Origin: Alphaproteobacteria bacterium
GTDB lineage: Bacteria; Pseudomonadota; Alphaproteobacteria; RF32; CAG-239
Reading direction: 5' to 3'
Assembly: GCA_045659785.1 (NCBI GenBank)
Contig: JAZRCM010000002.1
Span: forward strand, 1,954 to 65,953
DNA: 64,000 bases
Part shown: positions 1-8,364 of the stretch, piece after piece
How the letters are laid out: every line of letters begins with the position of its first letter
Position numbering within the stretch: the first letter of the stretch is position 1
Program-made: the position numbers and the translations under genes
Notes under the pieces: model-generated
The model's input: only the letters and a program-made list of their open reading frames with translations
Database searches by the model: none
What the model was told of the DNA's origin: nothing

Positions 1-93
1 AAACATAGTGCTTCAGGTCGTTTCTACGAAGCAACAGGAAGTGGCTTCCAACCTGTTGAGATCAATTCAAGATCATCGAGCATACTACCGATT

Positions 94-1770
94 ATGGATA
101 TAGACAAAAGTATTGACTTGTCAAAAACAACCTTAAACGAACAAGGAATAGAAATAGTAGAATTAGGTAGTTTTCCTCAAAATATAGCTAATGAAGATAT
201 TCAACAAAAACTGGAAGCAGCATATAGTCAAAAAGCACTAACTCCAACCGGGAAATCATACACTTTAGATGGTGGAGTTAGTGAAACTGATGGCTTTAGA
301 GCCCAAAAACACAACGAATTTGAAATGGATGGCAAGAGGTATATCAGAATAAAATCTAAAAGTTGTATTGGATCATACAATAAATCGACAATAAATATGA
401 TAAAAGAAGGAGATCCTATGTGGGTTGAGGTATCTCCGATAAGATGGCAAGTTGACAGAAAAAATGGTATATTGGTGCCTGATGCTGCTTTAATATCAGG
501 TATCCGTCCCAAAGATGCGGATAAATACCTGAGCGAATATTTTTCAAAAGAAATCTTTCAACATGATACTTCTAAACAACAAGAACAACAAAGCCAACTT
601 TCTCCGGAAGAAAAAAGAGCCAGACGTCAAGGAAAGTACGGAATAACCATAAATAAAAAAAAGATGAAAGTAAAAGAACAAATTGGTTTTTACGTTGAAC
701 ATGGTATGTCTTTTATGTTGCATGGGCCATCAGGTGTTGGAAAAACCCGTCGTGTTATGGAACTTGATCCTGATTTAATCTCTATCCCTTTAGCAAAAGG
801 AATTTTGACGGAAGATGTTATTGGAAAAGTAGTTTTTCCAAGTGGTGAAGTTGCTAAAATGAAACCCATACAAGGAAATGAATGGACAGACCCCTCATGG
901 TCTCCATTTGAAGAAGGAAAAGAGCAAGGTGGTATTTGGTGCCCTCCCGCTTGGTATGTAGCTCTTTGTAATAAATGTAAAGAAGAGCCTGAAAAACCTC
1001 ACGTCCTATTTATTGATGAAGTTACTAATGTCAATGAAGGAACACAGTCTTTGATTTTCCACATTTGTTTAAACAAAACAATTACTCCAAATGCAGGACA
1101 TTTACCCCCAAATATTGTTGTAGTTTTAGCTGGCAACAACATGGACGAATCAAATGCGGCTTATACAACAGCGGAACCATTATTTCGTCGTATGTACGGA
1201 CATATTTATTTGAAAACCGATATTCCTGAATGGTTAGAATGGGGAAGCGAAAAAAACACAAAACATCCAGAAAGATTAAAAATTCACCCTATTGTTTCCT
1301 CTTTCGTTGCAACCCATGGAAAAGATGTATTCTATACAGATTATGATGCAGACAAGCCTAAAGAATATGCTATTGATCCTCGTGGTTGGGAACAGATTTC
1401 CGATATTATATATAACAATGAAGGAGAAATTAGAGAAGAGCTATTAGTAGCCAAAATGGGACCGGAACTAGCCGCAAGTTTTATGCATTATGCGGAATAC
1501 CCTCCTCTTACATTAGAAGAGGTTTTAGAAGGTGCTTATGATCGTTCTGACATCCCCGAAAAATTTGATGAAAAATTATCATTAGCTATGAGTTTCCGTT
1601 ATGTCGGAGAAAGAGATTTTGAAAAAGTTCATAATTTTGTCGAAGATAATTTAGGCAAAGAAATAGCAGCTACTTTTGATGAAGCATGGGTAGGAAAAGA
1701 TGATGACAGAGCCTTATACTTTGCTGAAATGAAGATGAAAAAAGATTTACTGAACGGAGGAGGAAGATAA
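94..1770 (+). CDS. AAA+ ATPase, MoxR/AAA_5-like, with an extra N-terminal domain of about 190 aa and a C-terminal extension. The reading frame is open from position 1, so the true 5' end may lie upstream of the window.
   Basis: Walker A (FMLHGPSGVGKTRRV), Walker B (HVLFIDEV) and a sensor-like VLAGNNMDES segment. No stop codon in frame between position 1 and the ATG at 94, and no SD before 94. Ends 2 nt before the next ORF. Confidence 0.7.
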   Translation: MDIDKSIDLSKTTLNEQGIEIVELGSFPQNIANEDIQQKLEAAYSQKALTPTGKSYTLDGGVSETDGFRAQKHNEFEMDGKRYIRIKSKSCIGSYNKSTINMIKEGDPMWVEVSPIRWQVDRKNGILVPDAALISGIRPKDADKYLSEYFSKEIFQHDTSKQQEQQSQLSPEEKRARRQGKYGITINKKKMKVKEQIGFYVEHGMSFMLHGPSGVGKTRRVMELDPDLISIPLAKGILTEDVIGKVVFPSGEVAKMKPIQGNEWTDPSWSPFEEGKEQGGIWCPPAWYVALCNKCKEEPEKPHVLFIDEVTNVNEGTQSLIFHICLNKTITPNAGHLPPNIVVVLAGNNMDESNAAYTTAEPLFRRMYGHIYLKTDIPEWLEWGSEKNTKHPERLKIHPIVSSFVATHGKDVFYTDYDADKPKEYAIDPRGWEQISDIIYNNEGEIREELLVAKMGPELAASFMHYAEYPPLTLEEVLEGAYDRSDIPEKFDEKLSLAMSFRYVGERDFEKVHNFVEDNLGKEIAATFDEAWVGKDDDRALYFAEMKMKKDLLNGGGR

Positions 1771-1771
1771 G

Positions 1772-2155
1772 ATGAACGAAGAAGCTAAAAACAAATTAAG
1801 CAAAGTTTTGTCTAATAATGCAGAAAATCCTCTTATAATTGTATCTGATGAAAATATAACTTTTGAAAATACTGTTACAATTAACGCCAACATTAATGAA
1901 CGCGATTTGCATATTGAAAGTATGTGGCAGAAAAAGATAATGTTACGAAACAGCAATAAACATCTTTTTCTTGTGATTAACGGACTTGACAATATTGAAG
2001 CTGAAGAACAAGACAAGTTTATTCATTTACTGAAAGATCGTCGTTCGGGAACATTTAAGCTTCCTGATTATGTGCAAATTGTTATTCCGGTAAAAGATAA
2101 AGAAAAAGTTTCTAAACAAATAAAATCACTATCACTGTTATGGGAAGTTAAATAA
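1772..2155 (+). CDS. Small hypothetical protein (127 aa), the middle gene of the AAA/vWA operon.
   Basis: ORF lying 2 nt after the AAA gene; its TAA stop overlaps the ATG of the next gene (TAATG). The layout suggests translational coupling. Confidence 0.55.
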   Translation: MNEEAKNKLSKVLSNNAENPLIIVSDENITFENTVTINANINERDLHIESMWQKKIMLRNSNKHLFLVINGLDNIEAEEQDKFIHLLKDRRSGTFKLPDYVQIVIPVKDKEKVSKQIKSLSLLWEVK

Positions 2156-3777
2156 TGACAGAGTACGATGCAAAGGCACAAGAAGAAGATATCAGATATA
2201 TCAGGGGAAAAGTATTACGAAAATTCCCTCTTCTCGGTGTGACTATGGCATCATTGGAAACCTATCCTGACAGCACGATAAAAACGGCTTATACAGATGG
2301 TAAGAGTATACATTACTCTCCTAAGTTTTTTGCTAAACTTTCTGATGAAGAAAAAGTTTTTGTTTATGCTCATGAAGTTATGCATGTAGCTTTCAATCAC
2401 ATTATGCGAAGCAAAGGAAGACACCATAAGTTATGGAATATTGCAACAGATTCCGTGATTAATCAGATATTGAAAGAAGAAGGTCTTCCTCTTGTAAAAG
2501 GCGGTGTAAACATAGAAGAAGCACTTAATAAATCAGCAGAAGAAATGTATGAAAAACTCTTAAAGAAAAGAGAAGAAAAAAGGAAGCAAAAGGAAGAAGA
2601 GGAAAAAAGGAAACAAGAAAAAAGCAATTCGACAACTTCGCAAGATAATCCCGAACAACAGAGAGACAATCAAGAACAGGAAGAAAATCCTCAAAGTCAA
2701 GAAGATAATAATCAGCAAATAGAGAACAACGAAGACAACAATCAAGCTGATAATGAACAAACAGAAAATACCGACGAACAAGAACAACGCGATAACGGAG
2801 ATTCCGAGGAAGGAAACTCCGATGATGAAAATTCCGTCGAAGAAAATGATGATACTTCTGATAATGAAGAAGATAGCGATGAATTTGACGAAGATATTTA
2901 TGATGTTTTAGATGATGAAAACGAAGATGTCGGACACGCAGACCACCAAATTTGGAAACAAGCCGTAGAAGAGGCAGAAAAACAACAAGCTGCAGAAAAC
3001 GTCCAAAGCGGCACAGGAGAAAGAAGCGAAGGTAACAACGATGATACTTTCGAGAAAGGCTTTGTCGCCGATAACAAAGAAGAACGTGCTCAACAAATTA
3101 AACGAGCAAGACAAATGCTTGAAAAAAGCAAAGCTGAAGCTCAAGCTTCAATACAGGGACAATCATTTGGTGATGTGGGGGAAATTTGCAGAGGAGAAGA
3201 AGTTGTTAATTGGAAAAGAGTATTAAAAAATTCAATAGAAAAAGAAGAAATGCGATGGTCATATCGTCGAGCTTCAGCGGAAAATGATTATGCTGCTAGG
3301 TTAGAAGAAGTGGAAACTGATGAAATGGCAGAAACAGAAGTTATGCTTGATGTCAGCGGTTCTGTTAATGAAAAAATGATCAAAGAATTTTTACGACAGC
3401 TTAAACCTATTTTGAAAAGTTCTAAACTCAAAGTCGGTTGTTTTGATGATAGAATATATGATTTTGCAGAAATCAAAAAAGATAAAGATATTGATGAGTT
3501 CAAAGTTCCCGGTGGCGGCGGTACAAATTTAGATAAAGCGGTACGAGCCTTTTCAAAAAGTAAAAAAGTAAACAAAATAGTATTTACGGATGGATATGCA
3601 TGGGGAAGTGATATGCCTCAAGACGATTTGAAAGGCACAAATGTTCTATGGCTCGTCTATGATAACAGAGACTTCCACCCTTGTTGCGGAAAAGTTATTT
3701 ATGTTGACAAAAAACAATTCACGCAAGGAGCAAGACAATCTTTTGCTCAACAAGGAAAAGACGGATACTTATGTTAA
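2155..3777 (+). CDS. DUF2201-type putative Zn metallopeptidase (HExxH) with a C-terminal vWA domain (MIDAS motif) and a very long acidic low-complexity linker.
   Basis: N-terminal YAHEVMHVAFNH followed by WNIATDSVINQ. C-terminal vWA with DVSGSV (DxSxS) and GGGT. About 2540-3140 is E/D/N/Q-rich. Start overlaps the previous stop. Confidence 0.7.
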   Translation: MTEYDAKAQEEDIRYIRGKVLRKFPLLGVTMASLETYPDSTIKTAYTDGKSIHYSPKFFAKLSDEEKVFVYAHEVMHVAFNHIMRSKGRHHKLWNIATDSVINQILKEEGLPLVKGGVNIEEALNKSAEEMYEKLLKKREEKRKQKEEEEKRKQEKSNSTTSQDNPEQQRDNQEQEENPQSQEDNNQQIENNEDNNQADNEQTENTDEQEQRDNGDSEEGNSDDENSVEENDDTSDNEEDSDEFDEDIYDVLDDENEDVGHADHQIWKQAVEEAEKQQAAENVQSGTGERSEGNNDDTFEKGFVADNKEERAQQIKRARQMLEKSKAEAQASIQGQSFGDVGEICRGEEVVNWKRVLKNSIEKEEMRWSYRRASAENDYAARLEEVETDEMAETEVMLDVSGSVNEKMIKEFLRQLKPILKSSKLKVGCFDDRIYDFAEIKKDKDIDEFKVPGGGGTNLDKAVRAFSKSKKVNKIVFTDGYAWGSDMPQDDLKGTNVLWLVYDNRDFHPCCGKVIYVDKKQFTQGARQSFAQQGKDGYLC

Positions 3778-5600
3778 AAATAATAACGGACGGAAGCCAT
3801 AAGTTCTTCTAAATCATTACCGTTTTTATAGTCTTCGTAACGATATTCTGCGGCAAGTCCCCAATTTGTAGAAAGAGGAATATTAGCTTCAACAGAATAT
3901 GTTGTTTTATTGCCTAACCAATTTGTTGCATACATCTGTTTAGCTTCTGCCAAAAGCTTGAAATATTGAAAATGAATATAGCTTCCGGCTGTAAATTCTA
4001 TACCGGCATATTGATTGTGAGGTAAAAATCCGCCATAAGCTCCCTCTACTCCACTATTTATGTAAAACCACAAAAAATCGGTGAGTTCGATAGTGCCACC
4101 ACCATTTACTTTTATTCTTGTTGCATATCCCTCTTTGTCGTTTTCCGGATTTAATACTCGCCAAACATCCCAATTTATGCCAAAAGAAGTCGGTGTAAAC
4201 ATTTGATTAATCGGAGATAATGATTTAATTCCCAATATATTAAATTCGCTTAAAACAGTTTTGTGCGATTTGTCATAATGTCGCCAACGAGAGTTAAGAA
4301 AATTTATTTCCGCTCCGGTTAAAAGGCCATAATCATTATCAGTTAAAGAGTGATATGCCGGACGAAATGATATTTCTTGAAAAGCTTCTCCATTGCGTTT
4401 ACCTGTTCCGATGGTTGTTCTCATCGCTTCGTGAGATTTTAATGGTGATTTTCCTGTAGGATTTTCACTCATTTGAGCCTTTTGATTTTGTAATTTATTG
4501 CGAGCCATCAACCCTTTAAAACTGCGTTTACGATATTCGGTAATTTCAAATTCTTTTTTCACAAATTGATATTGCACATATTGATAAGCAGTTTCCAAAA
4601 CATCGGCTTTTTGCTCGTCAGGAATATTATTCAAGCTATAATCATTATCTTTTACCGCTGCAATAAATGCCTTCTCCTGCTCTTTATTCATCTGCTTTAC
4701 TCTATGCACGATTTTAGATTGTCGTGACGGGCGATAGTTTATATCTTTTACCAAGTTATCGCTGTTATATACGGCCTTTATGGTATCTACCGGAATTGTC
4801 TGAACCGGAAATTTATCGGCAAGTTGCAATGACGGACGAACTGCATCAAGCATTTCCATAATCATATAAGAACAATTTTGGGTAAAGAAATAATAACGAG
4901 TTTGTGTTTGCCCTATTTCCCACAAATGAGCTACAAACATATCCAACTCTTGCGGAGAAAAATTTAAACTCAACTCCCAAATATCACGGTTTTCAATATT
5001 ATTATAGGTATTGATTATGTCATAATACGGTTTTACGGTCCAGCCACCGTAATATCCGCCGGTTAATCCATAAATAGCAAACAACACACTATTTTCTTTC
5101 CCGGCTGTAAAAGCACCATAATTTGCACCATGTGCCAACAGTTGCGTTCCTTGTCTGGATGTATCAATTCGCAATAATGTATGTCCGAAAAGAGACGACG
5201 GATTGTTCATATAAGCATCGGTAAAAAGTAAGGTAACTCCGGATGGTTGCAAGTCTTTTTTGAATTGTTCAAACTCATCACATTTTAGATTAACTTGCTC
5301 TACCAAGCTGTTGTTTTTAAGAAAAATATGTCTTGCCGGAAAAAGACACATTTTTTTCATGTCTTGTTTTTCTTCAAACAATTTTATTGTTGCTTGAAGC
5401 TCACTTTCGGGATTTGTTTTACCATCTTCTGCCAGAAAAAAACTATCACTATCAATACTTGATTCATATCCTCCGAAAAACTTAGGACGATAATGAACGA
5501 GCGACAACCATTGAGGAGAATTTGCCGTATTTTCAACTGCTGAAACCGGCGAAACCAACCACAAAAAACAAAATATGAAAAAAATAAGTCTAATCATCAT
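3774..5600 (-). CDS. Exported DUF4105 (Lnb N-terminal domain)-like protein with a probable C-terminal outer-membrane beta-barrel.
   Basis: Signal peptide MMIRLIFFIFCFLWLVSPVSA. YYFFTQNCSYMIMEMLDAVRP motif, recalled as typical of DUF4105. The protein ends ...SVRYYF, a C-terminal aromatic residue typical of OMPs. Confidence 0.5.
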   Translation of the reverse strand: MMIRLIFFIFCFLWLVSPVSAVENTANSPQWLSLVHYRPKFFGGYESSIDSDSFFLAEDGKTNPESELQATIKLFEEKQDMKKMCLFPARHIFLKNNSLVEQVNLKCDEFEQFKKDLQPSGVTLLFTDAYMNNPSSLFGHTLLRIDTSRQGTQLLAHGANYGAFTAGKENSVLFAIYGLTGGYYGGWTVKPYYDIINTYNNIENRDIWELSLNFSPQELDMFVAHLWEIGQTQTRYYFFTQNCSYMIMEMLDAVRPSLQLADKFPVQTIPVDTIKAVYNSDNLVKDINYRPSRQSKIVHRVKQMNKEQEKAFIAAVKDNDYSLNNIPDEQKADVLETAYQYVQYQFVKKEFEITEYRKRSFKGLMARNKLQNQKAQMSENPTGKSPLKSHEAMRTTIGTGKRNGEAFQEISFRPAYHSLTDNDYGLLTGAEINFLNSRWRHYDKSHKTVLSEFNILGIKSLSPINQMFTPTSFGINWDVWRVLNPENDKEGYATRIKVNGGGTIELTDFLWFYINSGVEGAYGGFLPHNQYAGIEFTAGSYIHFQYFKLLAEAKQMYATNWLGNKTTYSVEANIPLSTNWGLAAEYRYEDYKNGNDLEELMASVRYYF

Positions 5601-5650
5601 ATAAAAAAACGGCTCTTGTTATTGGCAAGAGCCGTAAACTCAACAATTAA

Positions 5651-6106
5651 TTATGCTTTGAGCATAGCAAAAATTTGTTGTGTTACATAAATTGCATCAA
5701 CATTGCTGTCCGGGAAAATTGCAGCAAAATGTTGTTGTGATTTTTTAGCAAATTCGTTTTTATCCATATTCAAGATACCTGCTAAAGTATCAAGAGTTTC
5801 ACCCTCACCGCGAGAAGCGTCGAGAGCATATTGTTCCATATTGTTTTCAATGAAGTTGAAAACCATTTTTTGTGTACCGCCGCTAACACGACCGTTAGGA
5901 TCACAACCTGAAGTACCGAAAGTAATACCGAAAGTTTGGTTACCGAAGATACCGTTAGTGGTAACAGCCAAAATTTGCGGAGCCATACCGCTTTGACCAC
6001 GCCAAGCCATAGAACCGAGACCGCAACCGGTGCTGTCAATAGCTTGAGCATTGTTAGCAGCTAATAATGCAGCACAAGCAACTGATAATAAATAGAGTTT
6101 TTTCAT
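5651..6106 (-). CDS. Small secreted hypothetical protein (151 aa), possibly DUF3015-like.
   Basis: Signal peptide MKKLYLLSVACAALLAANNAQA. Gly/Thr-rich region with two Cys. Confidence 0.45.
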   Translation of the reverse strand: MKKLYLLSVACAALLAANNAQAIDSTGCGLGSMAWRGQSGMAPQILAVTTNGIFGNQTFGITFGTSGCDPNGRVSGGTQKMVFNFIENNMEQYALDASRGEGETLDTLAGILNMDKNEFAKKSQQHFAAIFPDSNVDAIYVTQQIFAMLKA

Positions 6107-6317
6107 TTGTTAATCTCCAATATATATTGTAAACATCATAACTATAACAATACAGTTTGCTTATGAAAAGCAAAAAAATAATTATTTAACAGAATATTTA
6201 TCTTGCAAAAAGTTTTCATACTTGTTATATAGTTTACATAATCTAATTTAACTTGGCTGTGAAAAGTGTTCTTTTCCAGTCAGATTTTTTTTAATTTAAA
6301 TCGATGAGGTGATGAAA

Positions 6318-6788
6318 ATGGATAAGTTCCCTTTAACTAAAGAGGGTTTTCTTGCTCTTGAACAAGAATTGAAGAATCTTAAAGGCGTTGAACGTCCCAA
6401 CATTATTGCAGCAATTTCCGAAGCTCGCGCTCAAGGAGATTTGTCTGAAAATGCAGAATACTCAGCTGCAAAAGAAAAACAAAGCTTTATCGAAGGACGC
6501 ATACAAGAATTAGAAGTAGTTATCAGCCGTGCTCAAGTTATTGATACATCTGCAAACAAAGGCGATGTAATTCGTTTTGGTGCAAAAGTGTTGGTTGTTG
6601 ACGAAGATACCGACAAAGAAAGCAAATATCAAATTGTAGGCGATTATGAAGCTGATATTAACAAAAATAAGATTTCGGTTTCTTCTCCTTTGGCAAGAGC
6701 CTTAATCGGTAAAGAAGTCGGAGATACAGCCGAATATACTGCTCCGGGCGGCAAAAAATCTTTTGAAATTTTAGAAATTTCATACTAA
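6318..6788 (+). CDS. greA: Transcription elongation factor GreA.
   Basis: [22 protein letters not shown]...[27 protein letters not shown], which is canonical GreA. SD AGGTGA lies 7 nt upstream. The ORF track begins at the GTG at 6309. Confidence 0.9.
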   Translation: MDKFPLTKEGFLALEQELKNLKGVERPNIIAAISEARAQGDLSENAEYSAAKEKQSFIEGRIQELEVVISRAQVIDTSANKGDVIRFGAKVLVVDEDTDKESKYQIVGDYEADINKNKISVSSPLARALIGKEVGDTAEYTAPGGKKSFEILEISY

Positions 6789-6817
6789 AAATTTTATTCA
6801 TAATGAATACATATAAT

Positions 6818-6851
6818 GTCGGAAGATAAAAGCTTCCGACATTTTTATTTT
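6818..6851 (+). terminator. Rho-independent terminator of greA.
   Basis: Hairpin GTCGGAAGATAAAAGCTTCCGAC followed by ATTTTTATTTT. Confidence 0.7.
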
Positions 6852-6864
6852 GTAGGAGAAAAAT

Positions 6865-7047
6865 ATGGAAAATAACGAAAAGAAAAACATCATAAACAAC
6901 TATCAAAATCGTTGTGATTGCAGTGAAGATGATAATTGCGGATGCTCTTATCCTAACAATACAAACTCCGATTATGATGCAGTCTGTCCTAAAAATCTAA
7001 ATCAGGAAGATTGTTGCAAAAAACGTTCGGCTTCTAAAAATGCCTGA
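6865..7047 (+). CDS. Candidate small Cys-rich protein (60 aa, 8 Cys). Its 3' end overlaps the convergent trxB by 46 nt.
   Basis: A strong SD (AGGAGA) sits 6 nt before the ATG, directly after the greA terminator. Eight Cys in 60 codons is unusual in an AT-rich genome. Confidence 0.3.
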   Translation: MENNEKKNIINNYQNRCDCSEDDNCGCSYPNNTNSDYDAVCPKNLNQEDCCKKRSASKNA

Positions 7048-7940
7048 CAACCGGAGCCTGCCGCAGTTATGGCTTGGCGATATACGGAATCTTTAACATC
7101 TCCGGCAGCAAAAACACCTTGAACGGAAGTTTGACAACTTCCCGGTGTGGTAACGATGTAACCATCTTTATCAAGCTCTAATACCGATTTGAATATTTCG
7201 GTATTGGGCTTATGTCCGATTGCCACAAACAGTCCGTCAACTTTTAATTCTCTGATATTATCGGTTTTAAGGTTTTTTATTTTCACTCCGTTCATAGATT
7301 TAGGTTCATCAGTTCCTAATACATCGGTTACGACACTATCCCATTCTATATTAATTTTCGGATGGTTAAATAAACGATTTTGCAAAATTTTATCGGCTCG
7401 CAATTCGTTACGTCGATGAATCAAAGTTACCGAAGCTGCGATATTGGAAAGATAAAGCGCCTCTTCTGCCGCTGTATTTCCACCCCCTACAACGGCAACA
7501 TGGCGATTGCGATAGAAAAATCCGTCACAAGTTGCACATCCTGATACACCGAATCCCCTATATTTTTCCTCATTCGGGAGTCCGAGCCATTTAGCTGTTG
7601 CTCCGGTAGCGATTATAACACTATCAGCCTGATAAGAGTGAAGTTCGGATATCAATGTAAACGGAGGCATCGTAAAATCGACTTCCGTTATATGGTCCTC
7701 AATAACTTTTACACCTAAAGATACGGCTTGTTGATACATCCTCTCCATAAGCTGAGGTCCTGATATCGGCTCCGGAAAACCGGGGAAATTTTCAACATCG
7801 GTAGTTATGGTTAATTGTCCGCCTTTTTGAAATCCGGATATCAATAAAGGATTTAACCCTGCTCTTGCGGCATAGATTCCTGCAGTATATCCGGCAGGTC
7901 CGGAACCGACGATAATGACTTTAGATTTGAATTGTGCCAT
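7002..7940 (-). CDS. trxB: Thioredoxin-disulfide reductase.
   Basis: FAD-binding motif GSGPAGYTAGIYAARAG, redox-active CATCDG, NAD(P)-binding motif VVGGGNTAAEEA. Confidence 0.92.
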   Translation of the reverse strand: MAQFKSKVIIVGSGPAGYTAGIYAARAGLNPLLISGFQKGGQLTITTDVENFPGFPEPISGPQLMERMYQQAVSLGVKVIEDHITEVDFTMPPFTLISELHSYQADSVIIATGATAKWLGLPNEEKYRGFGVSGCATCDGFFYRNRHVAVVGGGNTAAEEALYLSNIAASVTLIHRRNELRADKILQNRLFNHPKINIEWDSVVTDVLGTDEPKSMNGVKIKNLKTDNIRELKVDGLFVAIGHKPNTEIFKSVLELDKDGYIVTTPGSCQTSVQGVFAAGDVKDSVYRQAITAAGSGCQAFLEAERFLQQSS

Positions 7941-8061
7941 AATTTTTCTCCTTGAAAATAAGATACTATTTTCATTTTTTTATTCAAGAGTAAAAATCTT
8001 TTATAAAAACTGTTGACATATAACAAAAAATGTGCGAATTAAATAGCCGATGCGTGAGATT

Positions 8062-8138
8062 GCGCTCCTAGCTCAGCTGGATAGAGCAACAGCCTTCTAA
8101 GCTGTGGGTCAGAGGTTCGAATCCTCTGGAGCGCGCCA
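8062..8138 (+). tRNA. tRNA-Arg (anticodon TCT).
   Basis: Manual fold. Acceptor GCGCTCC pairs with GGAGCGC, then discriminator G and CCA. Anticodon stem ACAGC/GCTGT with loop CTTCTAA. T-loop TTCGAAT. Confidence 0.85.
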
Positions 8139-8148
8139 GTTTCAAAAA

Positions 8149-8178
8149 AAAGAGGACATTATGTCCTCTTTTTTTATA
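8149..8178 (+). terminator. Terminator after tRNA-Arg.
   Basis: Hairpin AAGAGGACATTATGTCCTCTT followed by a T7 run. Confidence 0.7.
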
Positions 8179-8364
8179 TTCCTATTGTTACCCCAAAAAG
8201 GAAAGGAGAGCCGTTAAACTCTCCTTTGTTACTATGAAAAACAATACTCTTATCAAGTATTCCAACATTTCTATCATTTTTAATTATAACTAAAAATATA
8301 CTTATGTCAACAAAAAAAGCTTGGTAATTTAAATTACCAAGCCGAAAAAAATCCAAGAGAATAT

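Noticed and set aside
228-512. 94 aa minus-strand ORF inside the AAA ATPase gene.
   Set aside because: Entirely antisense to a long, motif-supported CDS. No SD and composition typical of shadow ORFs.
2463-3144. Several minus-strand and alternative-frame ORFs (2463-2669, 2560-2787, 2908-3144, 3041-3226) within the acidic linker region.
   Set aside because: Artifacts of the purine-rich low-complexity coding sequence. Their products are poly-F/L/S nonsense.
8174-8356. 60 aa minus-strand ORF between the tRNA-Arg terminator and the lysozyme-like gene.
   Set aside because: AT-rich intergenic spacer with no RBS. The product is hydrophobic nonsense.
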